Shown in pieces: positions 1-11,397 of a DNA stretch of 64,000 nt. Positions within the stretch are counted from its first letter, which is position 1. Each line of letters begins with the position of its first letter. The DNA lies in assembly GCA_965248755.1 (NCBI GenBank), contig OZ252149.1:4288001-4352000 (forward strand), in the 5' to 3' direction. The notes beneath the pieces are model-generated. The model worked only from the letters and a program-made list of their open reading frames with translations. It made no database searches and was not told the origin of the DNA. The translations under genes were made by a program, and so were the position numbers. The stretch comes from Candidatus Latescibacterota bacterium (GTDB lineage Bacteria; Latescibacterota; CBDEFO01).

Positions 1-720
1 GTGGGATTCAGCCGATATATTGTGGAAGCTGTCGAGACGTTGCCCGAAGATCAGGAGATCACCATTTTAGACTGCGGCTGTGGGAAGTCGTATCTGTCGT
101 TTGTGGTAAACGATCTGTTGACGCGCCAGATGGGTAGGTCTGCCTACTTCATCGGCGTGGACACCAACGACGCGGTCATCCAGATGTGCGAACAGACTCG
201 GGAGGGGCTTGGGTTCGATAATATGGTCTTTCACGTCGCCCGGACGCTCGATTTTGAGCCGGACAGAAGTGTGGATGTTGTGATCGCTCTCCACGCCTGC
301 AACACGGCCACAGACGAGGCCATCGCAAGGGGGATATCCCTGGGGGCCAGGTACATAATGACAATGCCGTGCTGCCAGAATCAAGTCCGGGGACAACTCA
401 AGGATAAGCATCCGCTGGCTGACCTGACCCAGTTCGGCCTTCTGAAGTACGCCTTTGCCAGCACGCTCACCGATGGCCTTAGGTCTTTGATCCTCAAGGG
501 AGTCGGATATGAGGTCAAGCACTTTGAAGTGGTTCCTCCCAAGTGCACACCCAAGAATGTTCTGATCCAAGCCCGAAAGATTAAGCGCAAGCGGGAGCCG
601 AATCTGTCTGAGTACGTGCGGGTAAGTCGTCAGTTCGGTGTGCGGATTGCCCTGGAGCATATGCTGCCTGAGGAATTGCGGGAAGTGCTGGCAAGGGCAG
701 ATATAGGATACAATGTGTAG
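1..720 (+). CDS. SAM-dependent methyltransferase, 5' partial
   Basis: ILDCGCGKSYL motif I and ALHACNTATDEAI...MPCCQ motifs; ORF runs off the window start. Confidence 0.85.
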   Translation: MGFSRYIVEAVETLPEDQEITILDCGCGKSYLSFVVNDLLTRQMGRSAYFIGVDTNDAVIQMCEQTREGLGFDNMVFHVARTLDFEPDRSVDVVIALHACNTATDEAIARGISLGARYIMTMPCCQNQVRGQLKDKHPLADLTQFGLLKYAFASTLTDGLRSLILKGVGYEVKHFEVVPPKCTPKNVLIQARKIKRKREPNLSEYVRVSRQFGVRIALEHMLPEELREVLARADIGYNV

Positions 721-783
721 GAGCGATTCACACTGCGTGCATTGCGACAGAGACGACAGCGATCTTTCGTTAATTGATTCTCC

Positions 784-812
784 TTGACAGCCCTGCGACG
801 AATTAGTATCTT
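784..812 (+). promoter_or_regulatory. sigma70-type promoter
   Basis: TTGACA-17bp-TATCTT upstream of the 915 ORF. Confidence 0.6.
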
Positions 813-914
813 TTAACCAAGTGCAAGGCTATTTTTTTGAAAGTAAAGGATATATCGATGAGATCTTATGGGGTATGATCCATTCTGGGAAATTACCAAG
901 ACTAAGGAACAGAT

Positions 915-1926
915 ATGGCAAGAGATATTAGAGACTTCATAATGAACTTGAGGTATTCACGAAAACCGGCGGACATTGTGATCGAGAATATGATTGAAGA
1001 AGTTCGTGATGGTACGCTTATTGTCGACCACCCTTTAACGGTAAAGCAATTTCTGGAAGTCGTTGAAAAAAGGTGGGCAGAAATTTCGCCTCGTCTAATT
1101 CAATTACTCTTCAAGCTCTTACTAAGTGAGTCTGAAAAAGCAGAGCTGCCTCCATCTTCTCATGATCAAATCCGCTCTATGTTGGTGGAGATACTAGGTA
1201 AGTTCAAGACTTCACCTCTTATTGAGGATGAAGTGGTGATAAGGAAAAGACGGGAAAAGAATCTGGAATATGCGCTGCAAGCTGTGGAGGAGATCTAAAT
1301 CCAAGAAAAGGATAGACTTCTCTTCTTCCTAGGAGCAGGAGCTTCAAAGCCAGAGCCTTCAAATATCCCGACAATAAACGAATTGCTCCCAGAGATTTGG
1401 AAAAAATCAAGTCGAATGGAATCAAGGCCTCTTGAAAAACTTCAGCTATGGTGCACTGAAAACAACATATAAAACATCGAAGAAATGCTTACCGCAGTGA
1501 CCCTCTCCAATTCTATAATCAAGGACTCGAAGGTTCACGGGCTTTTTAATTCGGTACTATATCCTGACGATACTTCGGAACAGACTTCCATTAGGGACAT
1601 AGACACTTGATGATTACATTTCAAAAATGTTAGTCAAAGCAGTAGGTCAAGATCCAGAAAAACATGTAATCGCTGTTAATATTGATCACGAAGCAATCGA
1701 TAGATGCAAATCCTTTATTAAACTACACGTGGAAGCTTTTGATGAAGATAAGAGGTTCTTTTCTATGCGAGGAGATGGAACCGAGCTTGTACCCAAGATA
1801 ACAAGAGTGCTCACTGAAGTCCCGAAGAAAATATCAAAAAAACGCTCAATAGACCCGTCGAACAGGAATGGAGACTCTAAACCTCCGTCAGATCTACGGG
1901 CAACCGCGGACCTCTCTACAGACTAG
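915..1926 (+). pseudogene. Degraded SIR2-domain (SIR2_2-like) protein
   Basis: Reading through TAA 1296-1298 in frame gives LLFFLGAGASKPEPSNIPTINEL (sirtuin GAGxS motif, 1332-1346). A second TAA is at 1470, then a frame change near 1608 into DDYISKMLVKAV...VIAVNID. The central TxNxD/HG part is missing. Confidence 0.7.
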
Positions 1927-1951
1927 CCATAATCATCAGACGAGGCTCACA

Positions 1952-2530
1952 ATGACCCTCAAGGTCGTAATCTTCGACATGGACGGGACTATAACGAAGC
2001 CTTATATAGACTGGAAATCCCTCAGAGATGAAATAGGCATCCCACAGAATGAAATAATTATTGACTACATCGAATCTCTACCTTTCCAAGAAAGAAAAAG
2101 GGCTAACCGAATCCTTGAAATGCTAGAAGGGGAAGCCGCCCAAAACTCTGAGATCAACGAAGGAGCTGAAGAACTCCTTCAATTCCTTAAAGAAAAAGGC
2201 ATAAAGACGGCCCTGGTCACGAATAACAACAGGCGGGCGATGGAACACGTCCTTGAAAGACACAGTCTGGATTTTGATATCCTGTTAAGCAGGGAAGATG
2301 GATCGGTCAAGCCCTCGGAAGAGTTGATATTAAGAGCCCTCGACCGCACAGGAGCAGAAAAAGATCAAGCCATCGCAGTGGGAGATGGACGATTTGATTT
2401 AGAAGCGAGCAAGAAAGCAGGAGTCAGATGCATTTACCTATCCAACTCTACCCCTGCGTTAGAACATAACTTCACAGCGCATACCTTACACGACGTAGTG
2501 GAAATAATAGACAAACTCACAGAGGCATAA
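1952..2530 (+). CDS. HAD-family hydrolase (phosphoglycolate phosphatase-like)
   Basis: IFDMDGT motif I, LVTNN, KP, VGDGRFD; ATG 1952 preferred over 1868. Confidence 0.9.
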   Translation: MTLKVVIFDMDGTITKPYIDWKSLRDEIGIPQNEIIIDYIESLPFQERKRANRILEMLEGEAAQNSEINEGAEELLQFLKEKGIKTALVTNNNRRAMEHVLERHSLDFDILLSREDGSVKPSEELILRALDRTGAEKDQAIAVGDGRFDLEASKKAGVRCIYLSNSTPALEHNFTAHTLHDVVEIIDKLTEA

Positions 2531-2552
2531 ACTAAGGAGTGAGGCGATCACT

Positions 2553-2726
2553 GTGCGAAAGCTTGCGCTTTTTGTCACAATTGCAGGACTTTCAGCGACG
2601 GGAGCCATTTTTTTCCTGGGAAAGAGGAGGAGGGTCTGCCCTGAGTGCAAAAGACGAGTGCAGGGTAATTGGAAATATTGTCCCCACGACGGCGCGAAGA
2701 CTGAAGCCAAATACGAATGGGATTAA
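2553..2726 (+). CDS. Small (57 aa) membrane-anchored zinc-ribbon protein, absent from the ORF track
   Basis: GTG start after a purine-rich [60 protein letters not shown]; fills the gap between the HAD gene and aroQ. Confidence 0.7.
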   Translation: MRKLALFVTIAGLSATGAIFFLGKRRRVCPECKRRVQGNWKYCPHDGAKTEAKYEWD

Positions 2727-2740
2727 GCGGGAGAATTGGC

Positions 2741-3178
2741 GTGCCAAAGATACTGGTCATACATGGTCCAAACCTCAATTTACTCGGCACAAGAGAGCCC
2801 GAAATATACGGTTTACAAACTTTACAGGATATAAATAAAGCTGTAGAGGACTTATCTTGTGAATTAGACGCAGATGTGCAAATATTCCAGTCTAACCACG
2901 AAGGCGAAATCGTAGACCAGATCCAAAAGGCGGGGGAGTGGGCGGACGGCATCCTCATCAACCCCGGAGCATTTACACACTACAGTATCGCAATAAGAGA
3001 CGCCCTTTCCGCGGTAGATCTTCCTGCAGTAGAGGTCCATCTGTCAAACCTACACGCAAGGGAAGATTTCAGAAAGAATTCTGTCATAGCTTCCGTATGC
3101 ACAGGACAAATATCCGGATTTGAGGCAAGCAGCTATCTTTTGGGACTCAGAGCCTTAGTAGGTAAACTGAAAGAATAG
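2741..3178 (+). CDS. aroQ: Type II 3-dehydroquinate dehydratase
   Basis: [42 protein letters not shown] 2741 with GGGAGA RBS. Confidence 0.97.
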   Translation: MPKILVIHGPNLNLLGTREPEIYGLQTLQDINKAVEDLSCELDADVQIFQSNHEGEIVDQIQKAGEWADGILINPGAFTHYSIAIRDALSAVDLPAVEVHLSNLHAREDFRKNSVIASVCTGQISGFEASSYLLGLRALVGKLKE

Positions 3179-3193
3179 CTTTGGAACTTCGAT

Positions 3194-4297
3194 ATGGCCA
3201 GATCGTACACACATAAGATAAAACCCCAGGTGAGAGGGCTAACTCCCTATACTCTCAAGCAGTACGACTACGACGTGAAGCTCAATCAGAACGAAAATCC
3301 ATTCGACTTTCCGCAAGAGATAAAAGAAGAAGTCCTTCAATTTGCCCGGGAAAGATGTTGGTCGAGATATCCAGACTTCACACAGAAAGATATGGTACAA
3401 GCCCTCTCAAGGTACACAGGATGGCCGGAAGATGGAATTTTGGTCGGAAACGGTTCAAACGAACTGGTGCAGGCTACCCTCATAACTTTTATAGACGCTC
3501 CAGACACGACCGTGCTCATACCTACTCCCACGTTCACGCTCTACAGGCTGCTCTGCAAAGCCTTGGGAGCCAATGTCCTTGAGGTCTATCTTACTGAGAA
3601 CTACAGATTCGACATAGAAGCTATAAAAGATGCCACTGAGACAAATTTTCCCGACGTTATGATATTCTGCTCTCCCAACAATCCGACAGGATGTGTCCTG
3701 GAAAACAGCGACATTGAAGACCTTCTAAACCTCTCTGACGGCCTGATCGTAGTGGACGAAGCCTACTATGAATTCAGGGGCGAAACCTGCTTTTGCCTTT
3801 TGAAGGACTATCCCAATCTGATAATCTTTAGGACCTTCTCAAAAGCCCTTAGTCTTGCTGGACTCAGAATCGGATATCTTATGGCACATCCTGAGCTTGT
3901 AGAGCAAATATCTAAAGTCAAACTCCCGTACAACCTCAATTTCTTCTCACAGATAGCGGCGATGAAAGCCCTCGAAAATAGAGATCTACTGCAAAAGAAC
4001 ATAGACTATCTTATCGGACAAAGGGACATCCTCTACAATGCACTCAAAGACATAGAGGGCGTGGTACCCTATCCCTCCTACGCCAACTTCATCCTCTTTG
4101 AGACACAATCGAATTCTAAAGATATATTTGAGGGACTACTTCAGCAAGGCGTTCTAATTAGGGATGTCAGCGGTTATCCGATGCTTTCTCGTGCCCTAAG
4201 ATTCAACGTCGGCATCCAAGAGGAGAATACAAGATTTCTGGATGCCCTAAAAGAGACAGTGCGCTCGGCGCTTCGAAAAGGAAGTTTAAGCGTATGA
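3194..4297 (+). CDS. hisC: Histidinol-phosphate aminotransferase
   Basis: [43 protein letters not shown]. Confidence 0.95.
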   Translation: MARSYTHKIKPQVRGLTPYTLKQYDYDVKLNQNENPFDFPQEIKEEVLQFARERCWSRYPDFTQKDMVQALSRYTGWPEDGILVGNGSNELVQATLITFIDAPDTTVLIPTPTFTLYRLLCKALGANVLEVYLTENYRFDIEAIKDATETNFPDVMIFCSPNNPTGCVLENSDIEDLLNLSDGLIVVDEAYYEFRGETCFCLLKDYPNLIIFRTFSKALSLAGLRIGYLMAHPELVEQISKVKLPYNLNFFSQIAAMKALENRDLLQKNIDYLIGQRDILYNALKDIEGVVPYPSYANFILFETQSNSKDIFEGLLQQGVLIRDVSGYPMLSRALRFNVGIQEENTRFLDALKETVRSALRKGSLSV

Positions 4298-4890
4298 GCT
4301 CTAAAAGACAGAGTCGTATAGAAAGAGGGACTGCAGAGACACAGATAGAACTCGTGCTCGACCTTGACGGAAGAGGGAAAGCCGACATCGATACGGGAAT
4401 CGGCTTTTTTGACCACATGCTCGAGCTTTTTGCAAAGCATGGGTTCTTCGACCTTACTGTCAAATGTAAGGGCGACCTTAGTGTAGATCCGCATCATACG
4501 GTCGAAGACACAGGGATATGTCTGGGGTCCGCTATCGTTCAGGCTTCAGGGGACAAATCTGGCATCGTAAGATACGGATGCAGCTACGTGCCTATGGACG
4601 AAGCCCTTGCAAGGGTCGTTGTAGATCTTTCAGGACGCTCATCTTTCATCTTTAACGCTGAGATAAGGGACCGAAAGATAGGCCAGTTCCCGATGGAACT
4701 CTTGCCGGACTTCTTCAAAGCCGCAGCCGACAACGCTAAGATGAACCTGCATATAGACCTTATTAGGGGAGAAAATAGCCATCACTCGTCAGAGGCCATC
4801 TTTAAAGCCTTCGCCAGGGCCCTTGACCAGGCCTCGTCAATAAGCCAAAGAGTTCAGGGCGTCCTGTCTACCAAGGGGACTCTGCAGTGA
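4294..4890 (+). CDS. hisB: Imidazoleglycerol-phosphate dehydratase
   Basis: [40 protein letters not shown]. Confidence 0.97.
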   Translation: MSSKRQSRIERGTAETQIELVLDLDGRGKADIDTGIGFFDHMLELFAKHGFFDLTVKCKGDLSVDPHHTVEDTGICLGSAIVQASGDKSGIVRYGCSYVPMDEALARVVVDLSGRSSFIFNAEIRDRKIGQFPMELLPDFFKAAADNAKMNLHIDLIRGENSHHSSEAIFKAFARALDQASSISQRVQGVLSTKGTLQ

Positions 4891-5978
4891 GTACAGAGGT
4901 AAAATACGACTGCAGATACTTCAAAGGCGACGTCCCCTGCAAATTCAATAAATTAGACGGCTCCGTCTGCGAGTGCTGTGGGCACTACGATAAGGTGGAG
5001 GGGAAGATACTCATTATAAAGCTCGGCAGGGCCGGAGACGTTATAAGGACCACCCCTCTTTTGAGAAGACTCAAATATGTCTATCCAAAATCCCACATAA
5101 CGTGGCTCACATGCTTTCCAGAATTCGTTCCGGATATAGTGGACTGCGTATTTACGTTCGATCCTCAAAACATCCTGTATCTCCAGCAGGTGCACTTTGA
5201 TATCCTTTACAACCTGGACAAGGATGTGGAAGGCTGCACCCTTGCTAACATAGTTTCCGCGGCCACAAAAAAAGGCTTCCACCTCAAAGACGGAAAATGC
5301 CATCCTATAGACAAAGACGCAGAGCACAAGTTCCTCACAGGCATATTCGATCAGGTGAGCAAAGCCAACACCAAAAGCTATCCTCATGAAATTTTCGAGA
5401 TATGCGGCTTTGAATTTAAAGGGGAGGAGTATATCCTCGAGAACTTCGCATCAGAGGGCTATAACTGGAGGATAGAGGAGCCGAAGCCCCTTGTAGGATT
5501 AAACACCGGCTGCGGTGGCACGTGGAGATCCAGACTCTGGGGCCAGGAAAAGTGGGTAGAGCTGGCACAGAGCCTCAAATCACAAGGCATAGGCGTCGTG
5601 CTACTGGGCGGAGAGGGGGAACACGAAAGGAATACATATATCTCAAAAGAAAGCAAAGCAAGCTATCTGGGATACTTCCCTATCAGGAAATTCGTCAACC
5701 TGATAGATCAATGTAACACCGTAGTGACAGCCGTCACCATGGCTACCCACATAGCTATAGGGCGTAGAAAAGGCATAGTCCTCTTAAACAACACGTTCAA
5801 CCCCAGCGAATTTGAACTCTACGAATTGGGACAGATTGTAGAGCCTGACTTTGACTGTGACTGCTACTATTCTCCGATATGTCCCAACGACTGCATGCAG
5901 TACATCAGTCCCCAGAAGGTCTTTAACACATGTCTTGCAGTCCTCGAAAGCCAGGGGGAAAATCTTAATCTCTTATGA
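4887..5978 (+). CDS. Glycosyltransferase family 9 (heptosyltransferase-like)
   Basis: [16 protein letters not shown]-terminal GT9 motif; Cys-rich termini. Confidence 0.85.
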   Translation: MSTEVKYDCRYFKGDVPCKFNKLDGSVCECCGHYDKVEGKILIIKLGRAGDVIRTTPLLRRLKYVYPKSHITWLTCFPEFVPDIVDCVFTFDPQNILYLQQVHFDILYNLDKDVEGCTLANIVSAATKKGFHLKDGKCHPIDKDAEHKFLTGIFDQVSKANTKSYPHEIFEICGFEFKGEEYILENFASEGYNWRIEEPKPLVGLNTGCGGTWRSRLWGQEKWVELAQSLKSQGIGVVLLGGEGEHERNTYISKESKASYLGYFPIRKFVNLIDQCNTVVTAVTMATHIAIGRRKGIVLLNNTFNPSEFELYELGQIVEPDFDCDCYYSPICPNDCMQYISPQKVFNTCLAVLESQGENLNLL

Positions 5979-7135
5979 GAATTTACTTCATAGCTCCTGC
6001 TTATCCTCTAAGAGGTGGCATAGCTCAATACACAGCTCTACTTTACAAGAAAATGCAAGAGAGAGGACACGGGGTGAAAATCATCTCGTTCAAACGGCAG
6101 TACCCGGAGTTCCTCTTCCCCGGAAAGACACAGAAGGAGAGTGGAAAACAGATCATTCGTACCGATAGCGAGGCCATAATCGACACTCTCAATCCGCTGA
6201 CCTGGCTTAAGGCTTTTGCAAAGATCAAAGCCGAGCGACCTGACCTGATAATCTTCAAGTACTGGCTCCCTTTCTTTGCTCCCTGCTATATCACCATCTC
6301 ACTCTTGGTGCGCCTTTTTACAGAGTATAAAGTCCTTTACATCTGCCACAACATAATCCCTCACGAAAAGCGTCTGGGAGACACTGTACTTACAAAGATA
6401 GCCCTGAGATACTCAGACTACTTCATCGTCCTATCGGACGCGGTCAAAGGTGATCTCCTCAGATTCCGTCCCGACGCTGTGTATAGAAAAGTGCCGCTTC
6501 CTGTCTATGATTTATTCCACACAAACTACGATAAAATTACAGCCAGACGAAAGCTCAAAATCCAAAAGGAGAGGGTCATCCTGTTTTTCGGATACATAAG
6601 GGCTTATAAGGGCCTGCATCTTATTTTGCAGGCTATGCCCTACGTCCTTAAGCACATAGACATCACCCTCGTAGTTGCCGGAGAGTTTTACGATTCGAAA
6701 GAGAAGTACACAGACCTTATTGAAGAGCTCAATCTAAATGATCACGTGGAGATATTCGACAGCTTTATACCGGACGAAGAAGTAGGGACCTATTTTGCCG
6801 CCGCAGACGCCGTAGTACTCCCCTATATATCCGCCACGCAGAGCGCAATCGCTCAGATAGCCTACAACTTCGATAAGCCGGTCATAGCCACAGATGTTGG
6901 AGGTCTTTCAGAAGTCGTAGTCAACGAAAAGACAGGCTACATCGTCTGCCCCGAAGATCCTGAGGCTTTCGCAGATGCCATCGTCAAATTCTACTCCCAG
7001 AACAAAAATCGGGAATTCGTTTCGAACGTCAAAGTGGAAAAGGGCAAATATTCGTGGGACAGGATGGCAGAGGCTGTAGAGAGCCTGTTAGCCACAGGGT
7101 CAAGCCGTTCCTCGAAGAGAGGAGAGTCCCGATAA
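5975..7135 (+). CDS. Glycosyltransferase family 4
   Basis: LFFGYIRAYKG, PVIATDVGGLSEVV. Confidence 0.92.
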   Translation: MRIYFIAPAYPLRGGIAQYTALLYKKMQERGHGVKIISFKRQYPEFLFPGKTQKESGKQIIRTDSEAIIDTLNPLTWLKAFAKIKAERPDLIIFKYWLPFFAPCYITISLLVRLFTEYKVLYICHNIIPHEKRLGDTVLTKIALRYSDYFIVLSDAVKGDLLRFRPDAVYRKVPLPVYDLFHTNYDKITARRKLKIQKERVILFFGYIRAYKGLHLILQAMPYVLKHIDITLVVAGEFYDSKEKYTDLIEELNLNDHVEIFDSFIPDEEVGTYFAAADAVVLPYISATQSAIAQIAYNFDKPVIATDVGGLSEVVVNEKTGYIVCPEDPEAFADAIVKFYSQNKNREFVSNVKVEKGKYSWDRMAEAVESLLATGSSRSSKRGESR

Positions 7136-7141
7136 GAAAGT

Positions 7142-8095
7142 ATGGATGAAAAGAAAGAGACATCACAGAACAGCGTTGCAAGTTCCGATCTGCCGTTGGT
7201 CTTTGTGATCGTTTTAAACTGGAACGGGAAAGAGGATCTGTTGCGGTGTCTGGGTTCACTTTCCGGGGTCGAATACGGCAATTTCAAAACGCTGGTGGTT
7301 GACAACGCTTCTGAGGACGGCTCCGTCCAGGCAGTCAGGGAGAATTTCCCCGAAGTTAAGGTCATCCAGAACAGCCGGAACTTGATGTTCTCCGAGGGTA
7401 ACAACGTCGGGATGGAATATGCTTTAAGCCAAAGCTCCGATTATGTTCTCCTGCTAAATAATGACATTGTAGTCGCTCCGCAGTTTCTAACCGAGATGGT
7501 CTTGGTGGCTCAAAGCGATCCTCTTATCGGGATGGTAGGACCCAAAATATACTATTATGATAATCCCCAAAGGTTATGGTTCGCAGGTGGAAAGGTGGAA
7601 TTATGGAGGGGAAGGATAAGCCATTTAGGAATAAGAGAGTTCGATTCTGGGCAGTACGATTCTACAAGGGATATAGATTATGTAACAGGCTGTGCGATTC
7701 TGGTCAAAAGAGAAGTCATAGCAAAAGTCGGTATGCTCGATGCTTCGTATTATATTTACTCGGAGGATGTGGACTGGTGCTGGAGAGCTAAAAACGCCCA
7801 ATATAGATCGGTATTAGCACCAAAGGCTAAAATCTGGCATAGGATTTCAGCCTCTACAGGAGGAGAATTGACGCCGTTCAAGGTATACTGGAGGATAAAA
7901 AGCAGCTTAAGATTCTACAGAAGATACGCAAGTTGGTATCATTGGCTGACGGTGCCTATATTCGTCTCTTTTGACACAGCCAAGTTTGCATTAAGGCAGA
8001 TATTTAAGGGGAATTTTGAGATAGTGTCCTCACTGTTGAGAGGCTTTAAGGACTCGCTTACAGGGAGCAAAGTTCCGACTGGAACAATACGATAA
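7142..8095 (+). CDS. Glycosyltransferase family 2
   Basis: IVLNWNG, VVDNASEDGS, LLNND, YSEDVDWC. Confidence 0.92.
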   Translation: MDEKKETSQNSVASSDLPLVFVIVLNWNGKEDLLRCLGSLSGVEYGNFKTLVVDNASEDGSVQAVRENFPEVKVIQNSRNLMFSEGNNVGMEYALSQSSDYVLLLNNDIVVAPQFLTEMVLVAQSDPLIGMVGPKIYYYDNPQRLWFAGGKVELWRGRISHLGIREFDSGQYDSTRDIDYVTGCAILVKREVIAKVGMLDASYYIYSEDVDWCWRAKNAQYRSVLAPKAKIWHRISASTGGELTPFKVYWRIKSSLRFYRRYASWYHWLTVPIFVSFDTAKFALRQIFKGNFEIVSSLLRGFKDSLTGSKVPTGTIR

Positions 8096-8113
8096 GCGGC
8101 CGAATATAAATAG

Positions 8114-9454
8114 ATGCAACTGAGCAGGTATCTACACGAGGGCATCTGGGCGTTTCTGGATAAGTCCCTGCCCCTTATTTACGGCGTCTTTTTTATAGTC
8201 CTTGTGATTCGGACACTGCCTGAGGAGGAATATGGACTCTTTGTTTTAACTTATAATGGCATATTCATCACACTGACGTTAATTAGCAAGACTCTGATAC
8301 TACAGCCGATGATAAAATATGTATCAGAAAAGGATGATACTAAAGCTGTAGTTACCCAAACGATATTTCTCAATTTTGCCATATTAGCGCTCTTTGTGCT
8401 TATCGTTATCCCGTCTTCGCCGATTGTAGCCAGGTTATTCCATTCATCTCGACTTGTTCCCCTTTTGAAGTTTGTGCCCTTTTTGTTAGCAGCCCACTTT
8501 ATGAAGGACATAACCTTGGGACTGCTCACCGCCAAATATCGGATGAAGGAGGTATTTTGTCTTGACGCTGTCTATTTTCTCGGCTCTGCCCTTTTGATGC
8601 TGGTCTATAATCTGATGGGCCGTATGGACAGCGCACAAGACGTGTTGACGATTACGTGTTTTACGGCACTGGCAGCCTCGATAGCAGGGACTTTCCTGTC
8701 GAGGGACCTGTTAAGGCTCGACTGGAAAATAGACTTCAACACTATAAGGACAATTCTTAACTTCGGCAAGTACACTTTGGGTTCGGGCGTTGGAAATATA
8801 CTGCATACTCAGATAGACACCCTTATGATCGGCTACTTTTACGATCCCTTTCAGGTCGCCTTGTACAACGCCGCCAAGATCTTTTTCAAGATATACAATG
8901 TCTTCTCACAGGCAATAAGCATGTTAGTTTTCCCGTTAGTCTCGAAGTTGCACGCAGAGGGCAAGCAAGATGAGATCAAAGCGCTCTTTGAAAAGATGGT
9001 CTGTTTTTATTATATTATTCTGATCCCCTTTAATTTAGTGCTGTTGGTACTTTCAAAAGAGATATTTGAAATTGCCTATGCAGGCAGATATCCTGACTCT
9101 GCTAAGATATTTATAGTTTTAATTATCGGGACGTTCCTAAGCCCATTAGGAACTGTAGGTTCTAACATTATCCTTGGAATCGAAAAGCCCAAGATCAATT
9201 TTAGAATTACCTGGCTTGCGGTAGCCTCCAATGTAATCTTGAATCTTCTATTTATTCCCAGATATGGAGCCTTCGGAGCCGCGGTTGCCACTGTTTTCTC
9301 CATGGGGATCGGTTATATACTTATTGCTGTGTTCACAAAAAGGATAACCGGCGCAACCTTTACAGGTGTCCTTGTAAGAGTGAAAGATGCGGCAAACTTT
9401 GGGAGGGAGATATTGAGTAATGTGCAAAAAAACTTTTCTGGAGAGATACGATAG
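8114..9454 (+). CDS. Wzx-like polysaccharide flippase
   Basis: Multi-TM; IDTLMIG and PRYGAFGAAVAT motifs; in a glycan cluster. Confidence 0.88.
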   Translation: MQLSRYLHEGIWAFLDKSLPLIYGVFFIVLVIRTLPEEEYGLFVLTYNGIFITLTLISKTLILQPMIKYVSEKDDTKAVVTQTIFLNFAILALFVLIVIPSSPIVARLFHSSRLVPLLKFVPFLLAAHFMKDITLGLLTAKYRMKEVFCLDAVYFLGSALLMLVYNLMGRMDSAQDVLTITCFTALAASIAGTFLSRDLLRLDWKIDFNTIRTILNFGKYTLGSGVGNILHTQIDTLMIGYFYDPFQVALYNAAKIFFKIYNVFSQAISMLVFPLVSKLHAEGKQDEIKALFEKMVCFYYIILIPFNLVLLVLSKEIFEIAYAGRYPDSAKIFIVLIIGTFLSPLGTVGSNIILGIEKPKINFRITWLAVASNVILNLLFIPRYGAFGAAVATVFSMGIGYILIAVFTKRITGATFTGVLVRVKDAANFGREILSNVQKNFSGEIR

Positions 9455-9481
9455 GGATTTATCCTGACGGGGAAGTTCCGA

Positions 9482-10141
9482 ATGAAATTTAATCCTTCAT
9501 ATGTGGAAGAACGTCCTGATGTACTTTCACTAATCCGGCCTGGCATAAGAAATTTGCTTGACATTGGCTGTAGTGATGGAACATTTGCCCTGTCTGTGAA
9601 GAATAAATTCAAATCTGTAGAGGTCTTAGGAGTTGAACTTGATCCTTCTATGGCTTCTGTTGCTAAACAAAGATTAGATATGGTTCATATTGCTGATTTA
9701 AACAAGGTTAATCTCAGTAATCTTTTTCCAGAGAAAACATTTGATTGTATAGTAATGGCAGATGTTTTAGAGCACCTTATTGATCCATGGAATATCATCA
9801 AACAAGCTTCATCTCTTTTGGCTGACAATGGAAGGATTGTTACAAGTATCCCAAATGTTCGTCACATTTCTACAGTTATAAGTCTAGTATTGAAAGGGAA
9901 ATGGCCATACAGAAAACGTGGCATTCATGACATGAACCATCTACGATTCTTTACTCATTCAAACATTGTCGAAATGTTTGATAAAGCAGAATTGAAAATA
10001 GTTAGAGAAAAAAGGAATATGAGGATTGTTGAGCGCAGTTTTAAAAAAATAGATATATTTGCTAAGTTATTTGATATTCTAGGATTAAGAGAGTTTTTTA
10101 CAATTCAGTATTTACATGAATGTGTTCTATCTGACGAATAA
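9482..10141 (+). CDS. Class I SAM-dependent methyltransferase
   Basis: LLDIGCSDG, DVLEHLIDP, HLRFFT; visibly AT-rich. Confidence 0.88.
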   Translation: MKFNPSYVEERPDVLSLIRPGIRNLLDIGCSDGTFALSVKNKFKSVEVLGVELDPSMASVAKQRLDMVHIADLNKVNLSNLFPEKTFDCIVMADVLEHLIDPWNIIKQASSLLADNGRIVTSIPNVRHISTVISLVLKGKWPYRKRGIHDMNHLRFFTHSNIVEMFDKAELKIVREKRNMRIVERSFKKIDIFAKLFDILGLREFFTIQYLHECVLSDE

Positions 10142-10307
10142 AAGAATCCGTGGTTTTCAGCGGGCTTACAGCGTCTAAGAGAGTAACATCTGGATGGTCA
10201 CTATTCATCATTAGACTCAGGGAATTCGCGATGCTCAAGATCGCTTTCGCCAGGAAACTTATCCAGGGGAACATAACCGTAAGACGCGTTGAAGGAGCAA
10301 AGCCAAG

Positions 10308-11240
10308 ATGGATAGAAGGGTTAGCATCTTTATTCTTAACTACAACGGAAGAGATCTTTTAGAGGAATATCTTCCTTCTGTAATGGAGGCTGTGGAGTAC
10401 GATAGCGGCGGACACGAGATTGTCGTTGTAGACAATCTCAGCACGGATGACAGCGTGGAGTTTGTGGAGAGGAACTTCCCTGGGGTCTGTGTCAAGAGGA
10501 TGGAGGTAAACAGACTGTTCTTTTCTTATAATCGGGTCGTAAAAGAGTGTAAAAACGATTATATTATCCTCCTAAACACCGATGTGAAGGTTGTAGAGCC
10601 CCACTTTGTAAGTCCTCTTTTAAGACATTTTTCTGATCCCGATGTCTTTGCAGTTATGCCCAAGGTCCTATCCGACAATCCTTCAGCAGAGTACCTTTGC
10701 AGATGTCCCGGTGTCTTTTGGCGGGGTTTTCTAAAGGCAGAGAAACGGGAAAAGTTTCCGGGGAGCGGATTTACACTCTTTGCGCTTGGAGGAGCAGCCG
10801 CCTACGACAGAGAGAAGTTTTTGGAACTCGGTGGATTCGATGATATTTATTACCCCGGGTATTCTGAAGACGTGGATATTTCCTATTTAGCGTGGATGAG
10901 AGGATGGAAGATTATCTTTGAACCTGAAAGCGTGGTGTTTCACAAGAAAGGCACTACGTTCAAAAGGACTTATAAAGATGATATGATACAGGCGCAAGAG
11001 GAGAAGGTAGCGATGCTCTTTGTCCTAAAGAATATATCTGATAGAAAGCTATTAGCAAGTTTTCTCTTTTGGTCGGTGCTCAGATTGGGTCAAAGGATTT
11101 TACAAACTAACTACCCTAAAATAAAGGCTTATTGGAATATTATAAAAGATTTACCCAGGATTTTGTCGTCTCGAAACAGGACGAAGGCTTTCAGGAAGAT
11201 TTCAGATAGGGAGATACTTCAAATCATAAGGGATAATTAG
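10308..11240 (+). CDS. Glycosyltransferase family 2
   Basis: ILNYNG, VVDNLSTDDS, LLNTD, GGFDDIYYPGYSEDVD. Confidence 0.9.
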   Translation: MDRRVSIFILNYNGRDLLEEYLPSVMEAVEYDSGGHEIVVVDNLSTDDSVEFVERNFPGVCVKRMEVNRLFFSYNRVVKECKNDYIILLNTDVKVVEPHFVSPLLRHFSDPDVFAVMPKVLSDNPSAEYLCRCPGVFWRGFLKAEKREKFPGSGFTLFALGGAAAYDREKFLELGGFDDIYYPGYSEDVDISYLAWMRGWKIIFEPESVVFHKKGTTFKRTYKDDMIQAQEEKVAMLFVLKNISDRKLLASFLFWSVLRLGQRILQTNYPKIKAYWNIIKDLPRILSSRNRTKAFRKISDREILQIIRDN

Positions 11241-11397
11241 TTTGAACGCTTGCAGGGGAGCATTTCATAGTCAGCCGGAAGTTCCTTGGAAGAGATAGTT
11301 TCTATGGCAGAGGAACTGTAGGTCCTGCCGGGGAAGACAGTGCGGTTCAGCTCCTTGCAGAATATAAAAAACTGTGTAAGGAGAAAAGGGAACAAAA

